Of a stretch of DNA of 41,762 nt, positions 38,772 through 41,762 are shown one piece after another. Below the pieces are notes generated by a model, which had not been told where the DNA came from, did no database searches, and saw only the letters and a list, made by a program, of their open reading frames with translations. Positions within the stretch are counted from its first letter, which is position 1, and the number at the start of each line of letters is the position of its first letter. The position numbers were made by a program, and so were the translations under genes. Source of the stretch: Basidiobolus ranarum (Eukaryota); NCBI GenBank assembly GCA_040143965.1, contig JASJQH010000036.1:1-41762 (forward strand). The letters are read 5' to 3'.

Positions 38772-40172
38772 ATGCTTGATCAACCACTATCGCAAACAAA
38801 TGACTTTCCTTTTACTACGGCTCATTTACCAGTCGATTCGGACCACTTATCATTTGGATCGTTAATTCAAGAACAGTCTGATCTATCTGACTTTATATCC
38901 ACCTCCATACTTGAAGCACCCAGATTGACAATGATTTCAACCGCACCCACGCCTGACTTTGAAATCTGCCCGGCCACCCCACTCAATGAAACTCCCGAAA
39001 CTCAATCCTTATCCGATGGAGTCAGCTTTACTCGAGACAATCATTTCCATCAACGACAACAGAACCATCTTGAGCCCAGAGCAACACATCGGGCTAGAAG
39101 CTCCAGCATCTCTAGTCTCTCTAGCATTACCTCAAGTACTTCTAGCTTTGAAGAGGTTTGGGATTTAGAATCGGAAAATACCTTGATAAACATGAATATG
39201 GTAGATGTAGGCATCAACATGGATGACTTCAACTTGGGTTCCTCTCAATCTGTCTCAGGTTCACCCAGCATGAGTTCTCCACAAGATCAGCCATTTGTTG
39301 GCCCGTACTTTACAAATCAGAATGATTTTGTATTAAGTCAAAATGGCTACTTGTCTCCCAACACTCAGCTTAGCCGAAGCTCTAGTCTTTCAAGCAATCC
39401 AAGTCAAAGTAGTTACTCTGGTTCTGTATCCGAATCATATGTCCAAAACAATGAATATTTCCAAGAGCTGTTATCGTCGCAGTTGCTCGCTAGCCGACGC
39501 TCTAGTATGTGCAGCATTGGAACACCAACTTCATTTATTGACCCAGACTTCTGTACGCAAGAGGAACTATCGGAAATACAGCATGGACATGGCCGTAGCT
39601 ACAGTATGTCTACGATTGATTTTCCATCTTATAATGATAATTTTCAGTACCCACCATTCGATCAAGCAAAGCCACTGACTGGTGAGGCCAATTATCCAAA
39701 GCTAGATCTTTCTCAGGAAATGCTCCCCACTGTTTGTGATCGATCTCTCCAACTTTCTCAGGAAGAGATTCAGTTCATTACCTTCAACTCTGATCTCCAG
39801 AACATTAATAGTTCGACTCTATGCGAGGCAAATTGTGCCAATGTAGGTTCACAATCATGCTCTTCCAATCGCGGGCAAACGGAGTATATCTGCACTATAT
39901 CTGGCTGTTCAAAGACTTTTCGTCGCAAGCATAGCCTTCTTTCACATCAGCGTACGCATTCAGATGATAAGCCTTTCCCTTGTGAGTTTTGTAGCCGTCC
40001 ATTCGCTCGTAAGCACGATATGCTTCGTCATCGTAGAATGCATACGGGTCAAAAGCCATACCCTTGTGAGGCATGTGGCATGGGCTTCTATCGTACCGAT
40101 GCGCGACAACGTCATTATCAGGCTGAGCCTAAATGCTGGGAAGTAGTTATGAAAGGGAAAATTGGCATGTAA
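38772..40172 (+). CDS. C2H2 zinc-finger transcription factor, Crz1-like finger array, Ser-rich N-terminus, intronless
   Basis: 466-aa ORF. Fingers: CTISGCSKTFRRKHSLLSHQRTH, CEFCSRPFARKHDMLRHRRMH, CEACGMGFYRTDARQRH, with SDDKPF and TGQKPY linkers. FAR.HD..RH and F.R.DA..RH resemble Crz1-family fingers. Orthology is not established. Confidence 0.85.
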   Translation: MLDQPLSQTNDFPFTTAHLPVDSDHLSFGSLIQEQSDLSDFISTSILEAPRLTMISTAPTPDFEICPATPLNETPETQSLSDGVSFTRDNHFHQRQQNHLEPRATHRARSSSISSLSSITSSTSSFEEVWDLESENTLINMNMVDVGINMDDFNLGSSQSVSGSPSMSSPQDQPFVGPYFTNQNDFVLSQNGYLSPNTQLSRSSSLSSNPSQSSYSGSVSESYVQNNEYFQELLSSQLLASRRSSMCSIGTPTSFIDPDFCTQEELSEIQHGHGRSYSMSTIDFPSYNDNFQYPPFDQAKPLTGEANYPKLDLSQEMLPTVCDRSLQLSQEEIQFITFNSDLQNINSSTLCEANCANVGSQSCSSNRGQTEYICTISGCSKTFRRKHSLLSHQRTHSDDKPFPCEFCSRPFARKHDMLRHRRMHTGQKPYPCEACGMGFYRTDARQRHYQAEPKCWEVVMKGKIGM

Positions 40173-41762
40173 GATTCATTCTTTTGCCAAAATAACGCTC
40201 AAGAATGTTTAGATGGGATACATATAAATCGTTGGTTGCTTGATAGGCGGATATAATACGCCTTTTTTGTAATATTGTTGGTGCTAGTATAGCATATATT
40301 CACACTTCTATTGCTTATTACTTTCTTTTACTGCTGCACATTCTATTCATTATTTTTTTCATGTATTTATAAGTTATCATTCCTCAATTCATTTCAATAC
40401 TCATTTTTTTGAGGACTTCTCTGTCTATAGAATAGCCATAGTTTTCTGGAAAACGACAAATAAAAGAACGTGAATAGAAATGGCACTTCTCACTCTCTCC
40501 ATCACCATTACAATAGACTTGACACAAACAATTGATTCTGGTAAAACCATGTATGTCCACTATTCTGGTATACAGTAGTACCGCAGTAGCAGAACGCCGA
40601 TTTATCAGAGAACAACCTTAGTCAAGGTAAGACCGAAAGTAAATAAAATGATAAGCCTGTGACTCCATATGATTTTCAAATCACCTGAATGATAGACCAG
40701 GGATATACCGACTCAACGGGAACATGAAGTTAAACCAAAATCTGGTATAGTATCTAGGCTCGAATCACGACTACTTACTAAAGTCAACATATGAACATGC
40801 AATCATGTTAACATGATACATATCCAATATACTTCCATTTTCCTAGTTACATAGAAAAATCAGCAAACCCTTGATACCTCAACAACGATTGGAATGTCCA
40901 AGCAAAGAATGACTCAGACAAACTAGCCAATTATTACAAGTCCACAAACCGGGTGATTTTGATCGAATGGATCGGAAGAATAGAAAGCAAGTATAAAGAC
41001 AAGATAAAAAATTTCTCTGAGCTCTACAACATCTTCATAAACTCATATTACCCCTGTAACTCAGATGCACACTCATCCGTCGACACAGGCTCTATCTAAA
41101 TTACCCTAAAAGCACTCACACAGTAGGCCCCGATAGAATGTATCATATAGAATCAGATCAGGAGAAACCAGTTTCACGATAATTAGGTAATTGTGGTAAC
41201 AGCCACCAAGCCTTATGATCTCTAATCCAACTCATTGTTGAAATAGTGAAATAGTATAAAAATAGATTTCCAATCAAAAGAGCATTCACTCAGCCAGGGT
41301 CTCAAGTATATGAAGGTTTCGGAATTGGGTTTCTGAATAGAAGCTTACCTCTCTCATCCAACACTTTATTTGTTCTGGTCGCTTTTCTAAGTATATGTAG
41401 GTTTTGGTGCGGTAGAGATTAAATATGGATTTCAGCTGCACCAGAACTCGTAGTATTCCTATACGTATTATTGTTAGTGTTATAACTGGTAGGGGTATTA
41501 TGGTGGAACATGCTGTGCGGTTAATTAATGATGTTACACCTGTAGGAGCTTTGAGTACTCTCCTGTAACTTCATATCCGACATGTTTCATCAGAGTGATC
41601 CCTACATATTGAGCATATATCTTGGCGATCGTTTAACTGAGGTTAAGTGGAAAAAAGGGACTGCAAACCGCTTGATGGTCGATCAACAAAGGTAGATGAT
41701 TTAGTAAATTGAAGTAAGTATACCAATAAATAAAGCATAACAATAAATAGAGCACCACACTA

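Noticed and set aside
1..41762. Genome-wide TAG reassignment as an explanation for the TAG-only frame
   Set aside because: Long conserved exons (RPB2, SulP, Avt3, KdsD) contain no in-frame TAG, and RAD1 terminates on TAG.
40200..41762. Gene-free tail, possible repeat relic
   Set aside because: No ORF, terminal repeat or transposon motif could be identified.

Overview
Eukaryotic, AT-rich, intron-dense genomic DNA from a fungus. Short (~50-80 nt) GT-AG introns, the RPB2 sequence, and retention of Rab18 and a PIN-bearing SMG6 point to an early-diverging lineage (Zoopagomycota/Mucoromycota-like; this is inference). Ten protein-coding genes were assembled by eye: RAD1/XPF (+), RPB2 (-), a SulP-STAS-cNMP Vsb1-like transporter (+), an SMG6/Est1-like TPR-PIN protein (+), an intronless bacterial-type KdsD/GutQ arabinose-5-phosphate isomerase (-), a secreted PL38-like polysaccharide lyase (-), an orphan multi-TM protein (-), Rab18 (-), an Avt3/4 vacuolar amino acid transporter (+) and a Crz1-like C2H2 transcription factor (+). 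No tRNA, rRNA, CRISPR or intact transposon was seen. The most notable items are the KdsD + uronate lyase + orphan membrane gene block, a dual open reading frame (possible -1 shift) in SMG6 exon 2, a ~250-codon in-frame upstream extension of the zinc-finger ORF interrupted only by TAG codons, and a 1.3 kb stretch with no CpG. Exon boundaries were read manually and may be off by a few bases.
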